Source of the DNA: a virus | Strand: one strand, 5' to 3' | Virus record (IMG/VR): IMGVR_UViG_3300038463_000177 | DNA: 64,000 bases | Part shown: one piece after another, positions 32,351 to 42,129 of the stretch | Position numbering within the stretch: the first letter of the stretch is position 1 | Layout: every line of letters starts with the position of its first letter | Notes under the pieces: model-generated | Seen by the model: the letters and a program-made list of their open reading frames with translations, nothing else | Told to the model about the DNA's origin: nothing | Databases searched by the model: none | Made by a program: the position numbers and the translations under genes

Positions 32351-32568
32351 TGTCCTGGTCCAAACCAGTTTTCTCCTCCCTGCTGTCCGAAGTAGGCTGG
32401 GACGAAGACAATCAGGAACTGGTTGTCACGTTCGCCAAAAACGGCAAAACGGCGGCCTACAAGGGGTTCGACGAGGGCAAGGCGGTGCAGCTGTCCAATG
32501 CGGCGTCGGCCGGGTCGATGTTCCTCGGGGAGATTAAGCCGTTTGCATCGGCGTGGAGGTACGTGTGA
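32350..32568 (+). CDS. KTSC-domain protein
   Basis: SLLSEVGWDEDNQELVVTFAKNGKTAAYKGFDEGKAVQLSNAASAGSMF fits the KTSC pattern. Confidence 0.6.
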   Translation: MSWSKPVFSSLLSEVGWDEDNQELVVTFAKNGKTAAYKGFDEGKAVQLSNAASAGSMFLGEIKPFASAWRYV

Positions 32569-32771
32569 TCGTTTCAGAAGCGTCTACGAAAGACCTCGTT
32601 ATGATCCTGCGGCGTTGCCGAACAGTGCTCGGCAACATGGCGGAGGAGCGCGAGGGTTTGTTGGAGGCGCTGACGGGTCGTCGCTGGCCGGTCAATCACG
32701 AGCCGTTGCGTGCGGATGCCAAGAATCTTGTTCCGCTTATCGACGACGTTCTTGAGGCGGTAGATGTCTGA
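32565..32771 (+). CDS. hypothetical small protein
   Basis: GTG overlapping KTSC stop; 68 aa. Confidence 0.45.
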   Translation: MIVSEASTKDLVMILRRCRTVLGNMAEEREGLLEALTGRRWPVNHEPLRADAKNLVPLIDDVLEAVDV

Positions 32772-33027
32772 CGAACCCCCTGACCCCGTCGAGACGCGAG
32801 CTCGCCTGTTCGAGTCGATGGCCGCCCAGATCCGCCTGAACAAGGATGCCAAGTTCGGCGGCGCGCTGCTGGCGATCCCGCCCGGCGACGATGGCGAGCC
32901 GTTCTCATTCATCGCTTTCAACCAGGACGAGGCCGCCATTTTCTGGAGCATCGTTCAGACGCTCGGTCAGATGGCGCAGGCTGCCATGGAGCAGGCGAGT
33001 CGCGGACAGGGGTTCGGTCGCCGTTGA
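32764..33027 (+). CDS. hypothetical protein
   Basis: 87-aa ORF, 8-nt overlap with upstream gene. Confidence 0.55.
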   Translation: MSDEPPDPVETRARLFESMAAQIRLNKDAKFGGALLAIPPGDDGEPFSFIAFNQDEAAIFWSIVQTLGQMAQAAMEQASRGQGFGRR

Positions 33028-33032
33028 CCTGA

Positions 33033-33605
33033 TTGGTCTATTCCGCCTATGGTCTCCGGGAACCCGGAGACCAGCCAGTGCTGCTAGGCGACCAGCTTGA
33101 CGCTCAGGGCGTCTTCACCGCCGTCTGTTATGACAAGGACGGCAACGCCAAGTGGGAGGACACGTTCGACAACGTGGTCACCACCCCCGGCAAGAACCTC
33201 GCCTTCAACACCTTCCTGAATGGCTCGGCCTACACCGTCACCGGTCCCTATATGGGCCTGATTTCAAATACTTCCTTCACCGCCGTCTCCGCCGCCGACA
33301 CCATGACCAGTCACGCCGGCTGGCTCGAGGCGGGCAACGCCAACGCCCCGACCTATTCCGGCACCCGGAACACCTGCGCATGGGCCGCGGCGTCCGGCGG
33401 AGCGATCGCTTTGTCAGCCTCCCTGACCTTTACCTTCACAGGTGCCGGCACCGTCACCGGTGCCTTCATCGTCTACGGATCCGGAGCGCTGAACACCATC
33501 GACAATACCGGCGGCACGCTCTGGTCGGCCGGTCAGTTCACCGGGGGCAACAAGACGGTAGCGTCCACCGACCAGGTGGTGGTGTCGTACACCGTGAGCA
33601 TGTAG
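33033..33605 (+). CDS. beta-rich virion-associated protein (fibre cluster 1)
   Basis: S/T/G/A-rich beta-type sequence; TTG 33033, or GTG 33078 after GGAGA. Confidence 0.55.
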   Translation: MVYSAYGLREPGDQPVLLGDQLDAQGVFTAVCYDKDGNAKWEDTFDNVVTTPGKNLAFNTFLNGSAYTVTGPYMGLISNTSFTAVSAADTMTSHAGWLEAGNANAPTYSGTRNTCAWAAASGGAIALSASLTFTFTGAGTVTGAFIVYGSGALNTIDNTGGTLWSAGQFTGGNKTVASTDQVVVSYTVSM

Positions 33606-34301
33606 GTGCTGATTCTCAGCAGCACCTCGGCGCTGATCTCGGTCACCACCGGGTCGGCCGGGGCGGTTTCGGTCCATGCTTCCTACCTCGACAACAACGC
33701 CGGCACCATTACCCCGACCGGGCTGAATACGGCGTCGATCACGGGCGCCACCACGACCACCGTGGTGGGCTCGCCCGGCGCCTCGGTGCAGCGCAACATA
33801 AACACACTGATCATCCTGAACACCTCGGCCTCTGTCACCAACCTGATCACCGTCAACCTGAACGATGGCACCAACACCAACAAAATATACAGCTCGACAT
33901 TGCAGCCCGGCGAGATGTGCGAGTTCGTGTACGGGCAGGGTTGGCGCACGTTCGATGCCAGCGGCGAGCTCAAGGTCACCGCCGCCAATCCGGTGTCGGC
34001 GTATCCGCAGGTTCGGATTGTCTCTACCGGCACGACCGACGCCGGGCCAGCCTCGATGTCGTCCGGGAGTTGCTTGATCCTGTGGAACAGTGCTACGGCG
34101 GGCGCCAAGACATCGACGATTCCGACGGCGGCGGGGTCGAACAACAAGGTGACGATCGTCGATTACGCGCAGACAGCACAGACGAACGCGATCACGGCGT
34201 CGCCGGCGACCGGCAGCATCACGGGGAATAACGAGGTCTACACCAAGGGGGGAGCGCAGACCTGGGTTGATACGAGTTTAGGATGGGTGGCGGAAGTATG
34301 A
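33606..34301 (+). CDS. fibre-like structural protein
   Basis: 231 aa, S/T/N/G-rich, GTG immediately after upstream stop. Confidence 0.6.
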   Translation: MLILSSTSALISVTTGSAGAVSVHASYLDNNAGTITPTGLNTASITGATTTTVVGSPGASVQRNINTLIILNTSASVTNLITVNLNDGTNTNKIYSSTLQPGEMCEFVYGQGWRTFDASGELKVTAANPVSAYPQVRIVSTGTTDAGPASMSSGSCLILWNSATAGAKTSTIPTAAGSNNKVTIVDYAQTAQTNAITASPATGSITGNNEVYTKGGAQTWVDTSLGWVAEV

Positions 34302-36862
34302 AAAAGGTTCTCGTATTATTGCTTTGCTTGTTGGGCACCCCGGCGCTGGCGCAGAACACCCCGCCTGGCAGTTCAGAGGGCCTGATCGAAAACAACGGAG
34401 GATCGCCGGCGCGGTTCGGGATAGTGACGATCGCCTCGGGCTGCACGCTATCGAGCGGCACGCTGAATTGCCCCGGAACCGGCATCAGCTCCTATCCCGC
34501 CTCAGGCATCCCGCAATCGACGGGGTCGGCGTGGGGCACGAGCATTACTCCGGGTACGGGCGTGGCTACTGCCCTCGCGCTTGCTGTCAATGCATCCGGC
34601 GGATTTCTGACTTACGGCGGCATTCCCTACGCCGCATTGCCTGCCCTCAGTGCAAATCAATGGCTGGGCGCACTGACGGGCACTACGCCGAGTGGCCAGA
34701 GCTGGCCCTCGTGTTCGGCCACTGGTAACTGGCTTCAATATACGTCAGGAACCGGCGTCGGTTGCATCACCACGGGATATCCTGCTGGTAGTTTGTCTGG
34801 CTCGTCTCTGCCAGCAGGCATCACTGGGTCGTCCCTGACTTCATTGGGGACGATAGCTACCGGCGTCTGGAACGGCACCGCAATAGGCGCACAATGGGGC
34901 GGCACCGGCCAAAACACGTCCGCGAGCACGGGCATCCCGTCGATATCGAGCGGAACGTGGTCGGTCACCACTACCCCGTCGTTCACGGGCACCAACATCA
35001 GCGGGACCGCCGCGAGCCTGACCGCCGGAATCGCGAATGCGGTCGCCAGCGCCACGACCACGGTCAACGTGTCGAGCGCGACCGCACCGACCCTCGGACA
35101 GAACCTCACGGCAACCAGCAGCACCACTGCGACATGGCAGACCCCGCTTAACACCGTTGGCCCATCTCTGGCCTCGCTCTATCGCGTGTGGAATGCAATC
35201 GGCTCTGGAATAGTGCGGATCGAAAACCTTGGCGATTCGATCATCACCTGTAATCAGCAGGCTCCTTGCACGTTCGGTCCGATCCGGCTCGGTAGCACGT
35301 TCGCCTTGCAGTTGATCAACGAACTTTCTCAGCGTTACCCGCAATACTCGACTGGCGCTCGGCCAATCGTTCGGCTGTCGAACGCAACCACGACGGTTTC
35401 GGCTGGCGATGGCTACACGCTAACGTCGGGCACTATCACGAACTCGACATTACTGGGGCCGCAGGAAAGCGGGGTCTCGCTCAACGGCGGCTCACTGATG
35501 ACGCTTTCGAGTGGCGGCGTCATCACGATCAACGTCGGTCAACCCTATTCGAGCGTGAACATCTATTGCGTGCCGGGCGCGAGCATCAACGGTTACACGG
35601 TGACGATCAACGGATCGTCCGTCGGCAGTGCATGCAACGCCAACAGCGGTACGGCCGCTGTCGCGATCCAGAACTTTGCGAACCCGGTAGCCTTCGCCAG
35701 CCAGCCGGCTACGGGATCGACGCTGACGCTGACGGCGCTTGGCGCGACGAACTATCTTTATGCCTATGAGGGCGTGCTGTTTTGCACTGCATCTAACACC
35801 GCCTGCACCACGGGCTTTGCTGTCGATAACATGGGCGTCGGCGGCGCATCGTCACCATGGTTCGCATCTGGCACCAAGACTGGCGTCACTGATGGCGGGA
35901 TGGCTTGGGTAAAGATTCTACCCGGCAAGATCGCCCTTGGCACGCTGGAAAACGGCGAGAACGATGCCAACGCCAGCTCTGCCATCACCTCGACGCAGCA
36001 GAACGCACAGAATCAGATCGTCGCTACCGATCTGATCAACCTCGGCGCGAGCGTGATGTTTTGGGTGCCACCACCCTACAATTCGGGTGGTGCCCCTGCG
36101 ACGTATGCCGCGCTTCAGCAAGGTTCGCTGACGTATTGCCAAGCACAAGGCTGGGCCTGCCTGAATATGGCGGACATCTTCATGGGCAGTATCAGCGGCA
36201 CCACGTCGAGCGCCTTTCCATTCACGGCGCAGAACACCGGAATGGGGCTGACCCCACCATGGGGAGTGGCGCAAGGACTCGTGAACAGCAGCGACGCGCA
36301 GCATCTAAACGACTGCGGCGAATTGCTGGCGACGCAACAATTTCTCGCAACCGTGTTCCCACATATCATCTTTAACTACACGACTACAGGTGCATGCTCC
36401 CAGAACCCACAGGGATCAGGCATCGCGTCGGCGTACACGAATGCCACGACAGGCTTTACCATTGTCGCTGGCGCGACATCCAACACCGGGCAGTTGGAGT
36501 TTGTCGCGCCGATCGGTCAGACGTTCCACGCGGTTTGCAGCGGCTATATGCAGGTCGGAACCACGGGCATCGTATCTTTTGAAGTGGTGGGATCAGCGGC
36601 GATCAGCAGTGTCGTCAGCGTTCTGACTTATCAAACGGCGTCGGCCAGCGCCTATTCAAACACGGCAGCAGCTACGGCTCTATCATCAGCCATGGCTACG
36701 GCAAGTATCACGGCAGCCAGCAATTTGCAGTGGTCGCTGGACATTCACGGCGTCAACAGCACCAGCTCCAATTCATTCGCGGTTGAAGCCCATGAGGCTT
36801 CCGGCACGTTGACGATACCGGCTGGGGCTACGTGCCTTAACCAGATGAACGGGCCGCAGTAG
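34298..36862 (+). CDS. tail fibre/spike protein with SGNH (GDSL) esterase-like domain and signal-peptide-like N-terminus
   Basis: MKKVLVLLLCLLGTPALAQ; fibre repeats LTSLGTIATGVWNGTAIGAQWGGTG; IENLGDSII (block I) and SSDAQHLNDCG (DxxH block V). Confidence 0.72.
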   Translation: MKKVLVLLLCLLGTPALAQNTPPGSSEGLIENNGGSPARFGIVTIASGCTLSSGTLNCPGTGISSYPASGIPQSTGSAWGTSITPGTGVATALALAVNASGGFLTYGGIPYAALPALSANQWLGALTGTTPSGQSWPSCSATGNWLQYTSGTGVGCITTGYPAGSLSGSSLPAGITGSSLTSLGTIATGVWNGTAIGAQWGGTGQNTSASTGIPSISSGTWSVTTTPSFTGTNISGTAASLTAGIANAVASATTTVNVSSATAPTLGQNLTATSSTTATWQTPLNTVGPSLASLYRVWNAIGSGIVRIENLGDSIITCNQQAPCTFGPIRLGSTFALQLINELSQRYPQYSTGARPIVRLSNATTTVSAGDGYTLTSGTITNSTLLGPQESGVSLNGGSLMTLSSGGVITINVGQPYSSVNIYCVPGASINGYTVTINGSSVGSACNANSGTAAVAIQNFANPVAFASQPATGSTLTLTALGATNYLYAYEGVLFCTASNTACTTGFAVDNMGVGGASSPWFASGTKTGVTDGGMAWVKILPGKIALGTLENGENDANASSAITSTQQNAQNQIVATDLINLGASVMFWVPPPYNSGGAPATYAALQQGSLTYCQAQGWACLNMADIFMGSISGTTSSAFPFTAQNTGMGLTPPWGVAQGLVNSSDAQHLNDCGELLATQQFLATVFPHIIFNYTTTGACSQNPQGSGIASAYTNATTGFTIVAGATSNTGQLEFVAPIGQTFHAVCSGYMQVGTTGIVSFEVVGSAAISSVVSVLTYQTASASAYSNTAAATALSSAMATASITAASNLQWSLDIHGVNSTSSNSFAVEAHEASGTLTIPAGATCLNQMNGPQ

Positions 36863-36863
36863 C

Positions 36864-37781
36864 GTGGCCCTCAATTCGGTCTACGAGCCGCCGCTCAATG
36901 CCAAGAAGTGGTTCGACCCGCAGATCACGGTGCAGGGCTGGTTCGACGCGCAGTTGCTTGCTCAAAGCGGCAACATTTACAACGTCTCGATTTCGGAAGC
37001 GGCGACTGCGGTTGACACGGTAGCCGCCAAAGCGATTTTCAAGCCGGCGATCAGTGAGGCTGCAAGCGCCGTCGACACTGTCTCGACCCGCGCCATTTTC
37101 AGGCCCGCCATTAGCGAAGTCGCCAACGCGGTCGACACGCCCAGCACCCGCGCCATTTTCCGCCCGGCGGTTTCCGAAGCCGCCAACGCGGTCGACACGC
37201 CCTCGACCCGCGCCATTTTCCGCCCCGCCATCAGCGAGGCCGCCAGCGCCGCTGACAACGTCACGTCCAGCGGCAAGTTCAGGCTGGCGCTGATTGAGGC
37301 CGCCGCGGCGGCCGATAGCGTCACGGGCATAAAACGGTTCGTCGTCTCGACGATCGACGTCATGGCCGCGCTCGACGCCCTTGGCGTCAGTGAGTACGCG
37401 ACGTGGGAGCGGTCGCAATTCATTGCCTTGCAGACCGACTACGGCTCCTCGGCGGTCGGCCGCTTCCTCCAGATCGCCTTGCCCCCTGCGGTCGACCATA
37501 CCCAGGCTATTTCTTTTTTCATCTCCGTAGGGTACCAGATAGTTCCCGGCCAGGTGTTCACGGCGACCCTGACCCGCCCCGATGGGACCAGCATCAGTGT
37601 CAACTCGCTCCGCGTCCAGCCTCAATTCACCGACGTCTACACCGCGCTCGGGCGCTTCCACGGCGGCACCTATGTTTTCTGTTTCCTCAATGCGGGCGTA
37701 CTCAACCAGATCGGCCAGTGGTCGATCAACGTCGTCACCGGCACCAGCGTGTCGGCGCCGGCCTATTTCACGGTGACCTGA
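36864..37781 (+). CDS. structural protein with six 20-aa tandem repeats and a beta-rich C-terminal domain
   Basis: GTG start; repeats ISEAA(S/N)AVDT(V/P)STRAIFRPA. Confidence 0.65.
   Translation: MALNSVYEPPLNAKKWFDPQITVQGWFDAQLLAQSGNIYNVSISEAATAVDTVAAKAIFKPAISEAASAVDTVSTRAIFRPAISEVANAVDTPSTRAIFRPAVSEAANAVDTPSTRAIFRPAISEAASAADNVTSSGKFRLALIEAAAAADSVTGIKRFVVSTIDVMAALDALGVSEYATWERSQFIALQTDYGSSAVGRFLQIALPPAVDHTQAISFFISVGYQIVPGQVFTATLTRPDGTSISVNSLRVQPQFTDVYTALGRFHGGTYVFCFLNAGVLNQIGQWSINVVTGTSVSAPAYFTVT
36990..37349 (+). repeat. six tandem 60-bp coding repeats (last two degenerate)
   Basis: Read directly; unit boundaries at 36990, 37050, 37110, 37170, 37230 and 37290. Confidence 0.85.
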
Positions 37782-39700
37782 TGGCAGGCTGGTCTCATCA
37801 AAAGCGGGTCGCGTTCGAGCAGGCGTTCTACGCCTTCCTCTCGCAATGCCACATAAATTCCAAAGACGATGCCTTCATATCGCTGGGGGACAACATCTAC
37901 TACGGCCAGCGCTTGTTCATCACCGCGATCATGGACGGCCTGGAAAAGGACATTCATGATTTCTACTGTTTGAAGTCTCGCCAGCTTGGCATCACCACTA
38001 TCTGCCGCGCGCTTTCCACGTTCTACCTGGGGGTTCACCGCGGACTGTCCGGCGCGCTGGTGTTCGATTCGAACGAGAACAAGAACCTGGCGCGTGCCGA
38101 GTTGACGACGATGATTGCCGATTTGCCGGATACGCTGAAGTTTCCGGCGGTCAAGAAGGGCGGCGATAACCGGGACGGGCTGACCCTGGTCAATAATTCC
38201 AAGATTTTGTTCAAGTCAGCGGGCGTCAAAAAGACGAAGACCAGCGGCACTCTCGGTCGATCGGCAGGTTTGTCGATGACCCACATGAGCGAACTTTGTT
38301 CTTACGACAACAAAGAAGGCTTGGTGTCGTTCAGGCGTTCGCTGTCGCAGTTCAATCCTGATCGTCTTTACATTTACGAGTCAACTGCGCGCGGTCCCAA
38401 TCAGTGGAAGGACATGTGGGATATCGCGCGGGCCGATACGGACCACTGCGTCTGTGTTTTTATTGGGTGGTGGGCGCACGACAAGCAACGGATCGAGCGG
38501 ACCGACGAGAAGGACTGGCCGCTGTACGGTGTGCAACCTCCGACCAAGGAGGAGCAGGCCAAGATCGACGCGGTCAAGGAGCAGTACAATTTTGAAATCC
38601 AGCAGGAGCAGTTGGCTTGGTACCGCAAGCTGGTCGATCCGGCTGCACGCATCGAAGGCGATGTTGATGCGGGGTTCGAAGGCGATTCCCTGCAGAAGCA
38701 GGAAGATCCGTGGACTGAGGATGAGGCGTTTCAGCAAACAGGCAGCACTTTTTTTGCCGGCCAGTCACTGAAGGAACAGACCGACAAGTTTGTGCAGCGT
38801 AAGTACACGCCGTACATGTTCATCGGTGGCCGAGAATTCTCGGATATGAAGGTTTACCGCGCCGAAACCACACGGAATATCGAGCTAAAGGTGTGGGAGC
38901 CGCCAGTAGCGGAAGCGGTTTACGTGGTAAGTATTGACCCGGCGTTCGGCGAGAATGAGAACAACGACCGGTCGGCGATCGAGGTGCTTCGTTGTTTCGC
39001 AGACGGTGTTGACCAGGTTGCCGAGTACGCTTTCCCGATGATTTCGACCAAACATCTGGCGCACGTCGCGGCAGGGATCATGGCGTGGTACGGTAACGAG
39101 CCGTTGAATGAGATTTACTACATCCTTGAAATCAACGGGCCGGGTGGCGCGGTGCTGCAGGAATTGAAGTCGCTGAAATTCCAGATCGAGAATGGCTACG
39201 CGCCGATGCAAGAGCAGGGCCTTCGCAATATCTTTGCGAACGTCAAGCAGTTCATGTACGCGCGCCCCGACTCGCTGACGGGAGGTGCCTCGGTATGGCA
39301 TTGGAAAACTTCGCCTAATAACAAAGAGGCGATTATGGAGGAGCTTCGCGGGTTCGTTTCGAATGGCCAGTTTAGGATTCGTTCAAACGATCTGGTCGAG
39401 GAGATGAAAAACGTCACGCGAGACGGTGCGTCAATTGGCGCCGAAGGCGGGCAAAAAGACGATCGCGTTGTTGCGGCAGCGATGGGGGCACACTACTGGG
39501 ATTCTAAGATCCGCCGAAACCTGATCGTCCAGAAGCGGACCCGGGAGGCGGAAGCCGCCAAGAAGATGAAGTCTATTGTTGACCAGACCGCCCTGTTCAA
39601 TGCAAACATGCTATCGGCCTTCATGGGGCAGAAGGCCAAGGGGCGGCTGGACCAGCAGCGGCTGGCGGCCAAGCAGGCTTGGCGATACGGACGGAGGTAG
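37781..39700 (+). CDS. terL: terminase large subunit
   Basis: Walker A-like CLKSRQLGITT; nuclease motif VVSIDPAFGENENNDRSAI; ATG 37781 overlaps upstream TGA. Confidence 0.88.
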   Translation: MAGWSHQKRVAFEQAFYAFLSQCHINSKDDAFISLGDNIYYGQRLFITAIMDGLEKDIHDFYCLKSRQLGITTICRALSTFYLGVHRGLSGALVFDSNENKNLARAELTTMIADLPDTLKFPAVKKGGDNRDGLTLVNNSKILFKSAGVKKTKTSGTLGRSAGLSMTHMSELCSYDNKEGLVSFRRSLSQFNPDRLYIYESTARGPNQWKDMWDIARADTDHCVCVFIGWWAHDKQRIERTDEKDWPLYGVQPPTKEEQAKIDAVKEQYNFEIQQEQLAWYRKLVDPAARIEGDVDAGFEGDSLQKQEDPWTEDEAFQQTGSTFFAGQSLKEQTDKFVQRKYTPYMFIGGREFSDMKVYRAETTRNIELKVWEPPVAEAVYVVSIDPAFGENENNDRSAIEVLRCFADGVDQVAEYAFPMISTKHLAHVAAGIMAWYGNEPLNEIYYILEINGPGGAVLQELKSLKFQIENGYAPMQEQGLRNIFANVKQFMYARPDSLTGGASVWHWKTSPNNKEAIMEELRGFVSNGQFRIRSNDLVEEMKNVTRDGASIGAEGGQKDDRVVAAAMGAHYWDSKIRRNLIVQKRTREAEAAKKMKSIVDQTALFNANMLSAFMGQKAKGRLDQQRLAAKQAWRYGRR

Positions 39701-39826
39701 AATCGTGGTCGAACGTATGCCGGTTATTTGGGAAGGCCGAGTTTCTGCGGTTCCGGTTTTAGGCCCGAGCTGCATCATTCCGCCGGGGCATCCGATCTGG
39801 CAGTATCATCCGGCGCGGAGATCCTG

Positions 39827-40411
39827 ATGGCAGTGATCCTGAAGTGTCCGGTATGCCGGGGCAAATTTAAGTACGACGTCAGCGTCGGTTGGCCGGATTT
39901 TTGTCAGATTCCCGAGTGTGGCGCCGACATCAACAACCGCCGTGCCGATGATGAAATATGCATGCCGGCTTTCTTGTCGCAGAAATCCAAGAACAACGAC
40001 AAGGTCGCCCGCGACATCATGGATGGCTCGGTGCAGCGCGCCGAGATGGCTGCTGCCATGGCCGGCACCTCGCCCGAGGAAATGTCGAGCCTGAAGATCA
40101 CCGACCTGAACGACCGCAACGACACCCAGTTCGCCACCAAGGACATCGTCAATCCCGTCACCCAGCACATGGATGCGATGCAGCGCGCGGGAATGCCCGT
40201 CGGGTTTGGCGCAGGGAATTCGGACGCGATGGCGCGCGCCGCTCAGGCGCATGCGCCTATGGTGCTGCCCGACGGAAGGGTAATGCAGAACAAGGATACT
40301 TACGCCGGCCTGCGCGAGCGCAACCGCCTGCAGCGGATAATGACCCCGGTCGGGCAGGCTCCCCTGCCGCTTCAGATCAGCAATAATCCGAACTACAGGT
40401 CGCCGGTATGA
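39827..40411 (+). CDS. hypothetical protein with N-terminal zinc ribbon
   Basis: MAVILKCPVCRGKFKYD..CQIPECGAD; lies between terL and portal. Confidence 0.55.
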   Translation: MAVILKCPVCRGKFKYDVSVGWPDFCQIPECGADINNRRADDEICMPAFLSQKSKNNDKVARDIMDGSVQRAEMAAAMAGTSPEEMSSLKITDLNDRNDTQFATKDIVNPVTQHMDAMQRAGMPVGFGAGNSDAMARAAQAHAPMVLPDGRVMQNKDTYAGLRERNRLQRIMTPVGQAPLPLQISNNPNYRSPV

Positions 40412-42129
40412 TCCAGATTCCGACAGGCGAGAAAGAGCTCGTTCCCTTTGCGAACGAACTGATCGAGACCTGCCGGATCAGCCAGAGTGTGCGCGCCGCC
40501 TACTACCGGATTTTGAACACCGTCGCCGAGACCGGCACGGTGACCGGGCAAAAGGCGCTCATCAATACGATGAATTATCACCTCGAGCGCACGGCGTCGC
40601 ACCTGTTTTCCCCTACCGACCTCAAATTCGCCTGCGATTTCGACAACGCTTACAAGTCGGACGTCATCAAGCGTGGCGAGGTGTTTGCAAAGCATCTGAC
40701 CCGCCAGTGGGAGCACTCCTCGACCGACATGCTGTTCGGTCAGGGCGTGTACGAGGCGCTTAAGTACGGCCTTGTCGCCCTGAAGCAGTGGCCGCGCAAC
40801 GAGGGACCGGAGGGCAAGCCGCGGATCGTTTACGAGAAGAAGGTGGTGATGCCGTGGAATCTCGGTTTCTACAAGGAAAGCGAGACCGACATTGCCAACC
40901 AGGAGGTCATCTGCGAGACCTCGCAGCTCACCGGCCCCGAGGTGTGGCAGCGCATCTGGCGTTTCCCCAAGGCCAAGGATCTGTACGAGAAGATCATGAC
41001 GCACTCCAAGAAGGGTGCGGGTGGTTCGGGTCCCGACAGCTTCGTCCACAACGTTCTGTCGTCGTCGATCCTGCAAACCGGCGTTCAATCATCGACGCGC
41101 CCGTTGCCGGGAGGCGTCGTGCAGATCGGCAACGATCCAAACTACCCGATGATGGGGCCGACCGACGGTGCCCCGACGGTGGAATTCCACGAACTGTGGA
41201 TCAAGGGCGAGGAGGACTACGCGACGATCCAGATCGTCAATCCCGACATCCTGGTGACACGCTTCAAGACGTCCAACCTGATGGGCATCGAGCGGGTGCA
41301 GCCTTACCGGATCATCCAGCCGAACCCGATGACCGGGTACATCTGGGGGCGGAGCGAGTTGATCGACCTGATGGAGCCGCAGGCTTTCCTGGCGCAGATG
41401 TGCGACGACCTGAAGCGGCTGATCGGCTTGCAGATCGACAAGATCATCGCTTTCAAGGGCGACAACACCATCACCGACGAGGGCTACGCGCAGTTTCGGC
41501 AGTCCGGGTACCTGAACCTGGGAATGAACGGCGGCGCCGAGGATCTGACGCCCAAATTCCCGCCCGAACTGCTCAAGATCATCGAGTGGCTGATCCAGCA
41601 GGTCAACACGCTCGGCTCATTCCCCGAGATCATGCAGGGCAAGGGCGAGTCGGGCGTCCGTGCCGGCGCCCACGCCGAGACTTTGATGAAAACGGCATCG
41701 CCGACCCTGCGCGATCGCGCCCTGCTGATCGAGCGCCAGTGCGCCGTGTGCGCGGACCTCACGGCGACGATGATGGAGGCCAAGGAGGATCGGAAATACT
41801 GGGTCGACCCCGAAAAGATGGAGGACAACTTCATGATTTCGGATTTGCCGGAGGATTGGCGCATCACGGTGGACAGCCACCGCTCGTCGCCGATCTTTGT
41901 TGATGACGCGCAGCAACTGATCTTCGCGCTCGGCAAGATGGGCGTCGTCGATGGGCTCTATCTGATCGACAACTCGTCGGTACCCGACAAGGAAGCTGCC
42001 AAGGCGGCCTTCATCGAGCACAAGAAGTCGGGGCAGGCGATGCAGGAGAAACTGTTCGCCCAGCTATCGCCCGAGGGCAAGGACAAGGCGATCGAGAAGA
42101 TGCTGGGTGGACACGGGCAGCATCACTAG
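40408..42129 (+). CDS. portal protein (by size and position)
   Basis: 573 aa, immediately after terL region and before scaffold/capsid; no motif verified. Confidence 0.68.
   Translation: MIQIPTGEKELVPFANELIETCRISQSVRAAYYRILNTVAETGTVTGQKALINTMNYHLERTASHLFSPTDLKFACDFDNAYKSDVIKRGEVFAKHLTRQWEHSSTDMLFGQGVYEALKYGLVALKQWPRNEGPEGKPRIVYEKKVVMPWNLGFYKESETDIANQEVICETSQLTGPEVWQRIWRFPKAKDLYEKIMTHSKKGAGGSGPDSFVHNVLSSSILQTGVQSSTRPLPGGVVQIGNDPNYPMMGPTDGAPTVEFHELWIKGEEDYATIQIVNPDILVTRFKTSNLMGIERVQPYRIIQPNPMTGYIWGRSELIDLMEPQAFLAQMCDDLKRLIGLQIDKIIAFKGDNTITDEGYAQFRQSGYLNLGMNGGAEDLTPKFPPELLKIIEWLIQQVNTLGSFPEIMQGKGESGVRAGAHAETLMKTASPTLRDRALLIERQCAVCADLTATMMEAKEDRKYWVDPEKMEDNFMISDLPEDWRITVDSHRSSPIFVDDAQQLIFALGKMGVVDGLYLIDNSSVPDKEAAKAAFIEHKKSGQAMQEKLFAQLSPEGKDKAIEKMLGGHGQHH

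Noticed and set aside
33033-36862. Diversity-generating retroelement acting on the fibre genes
   Set aside because: There is no reverse transcriptase ORF in the window, and I noticed no template/variable repeat pair.
36837-37661. 274-aa ORF on the - strand
   Set aside because: It is antisense to the 60-bp-repeat protein. The repeats keep several frames open artificially.
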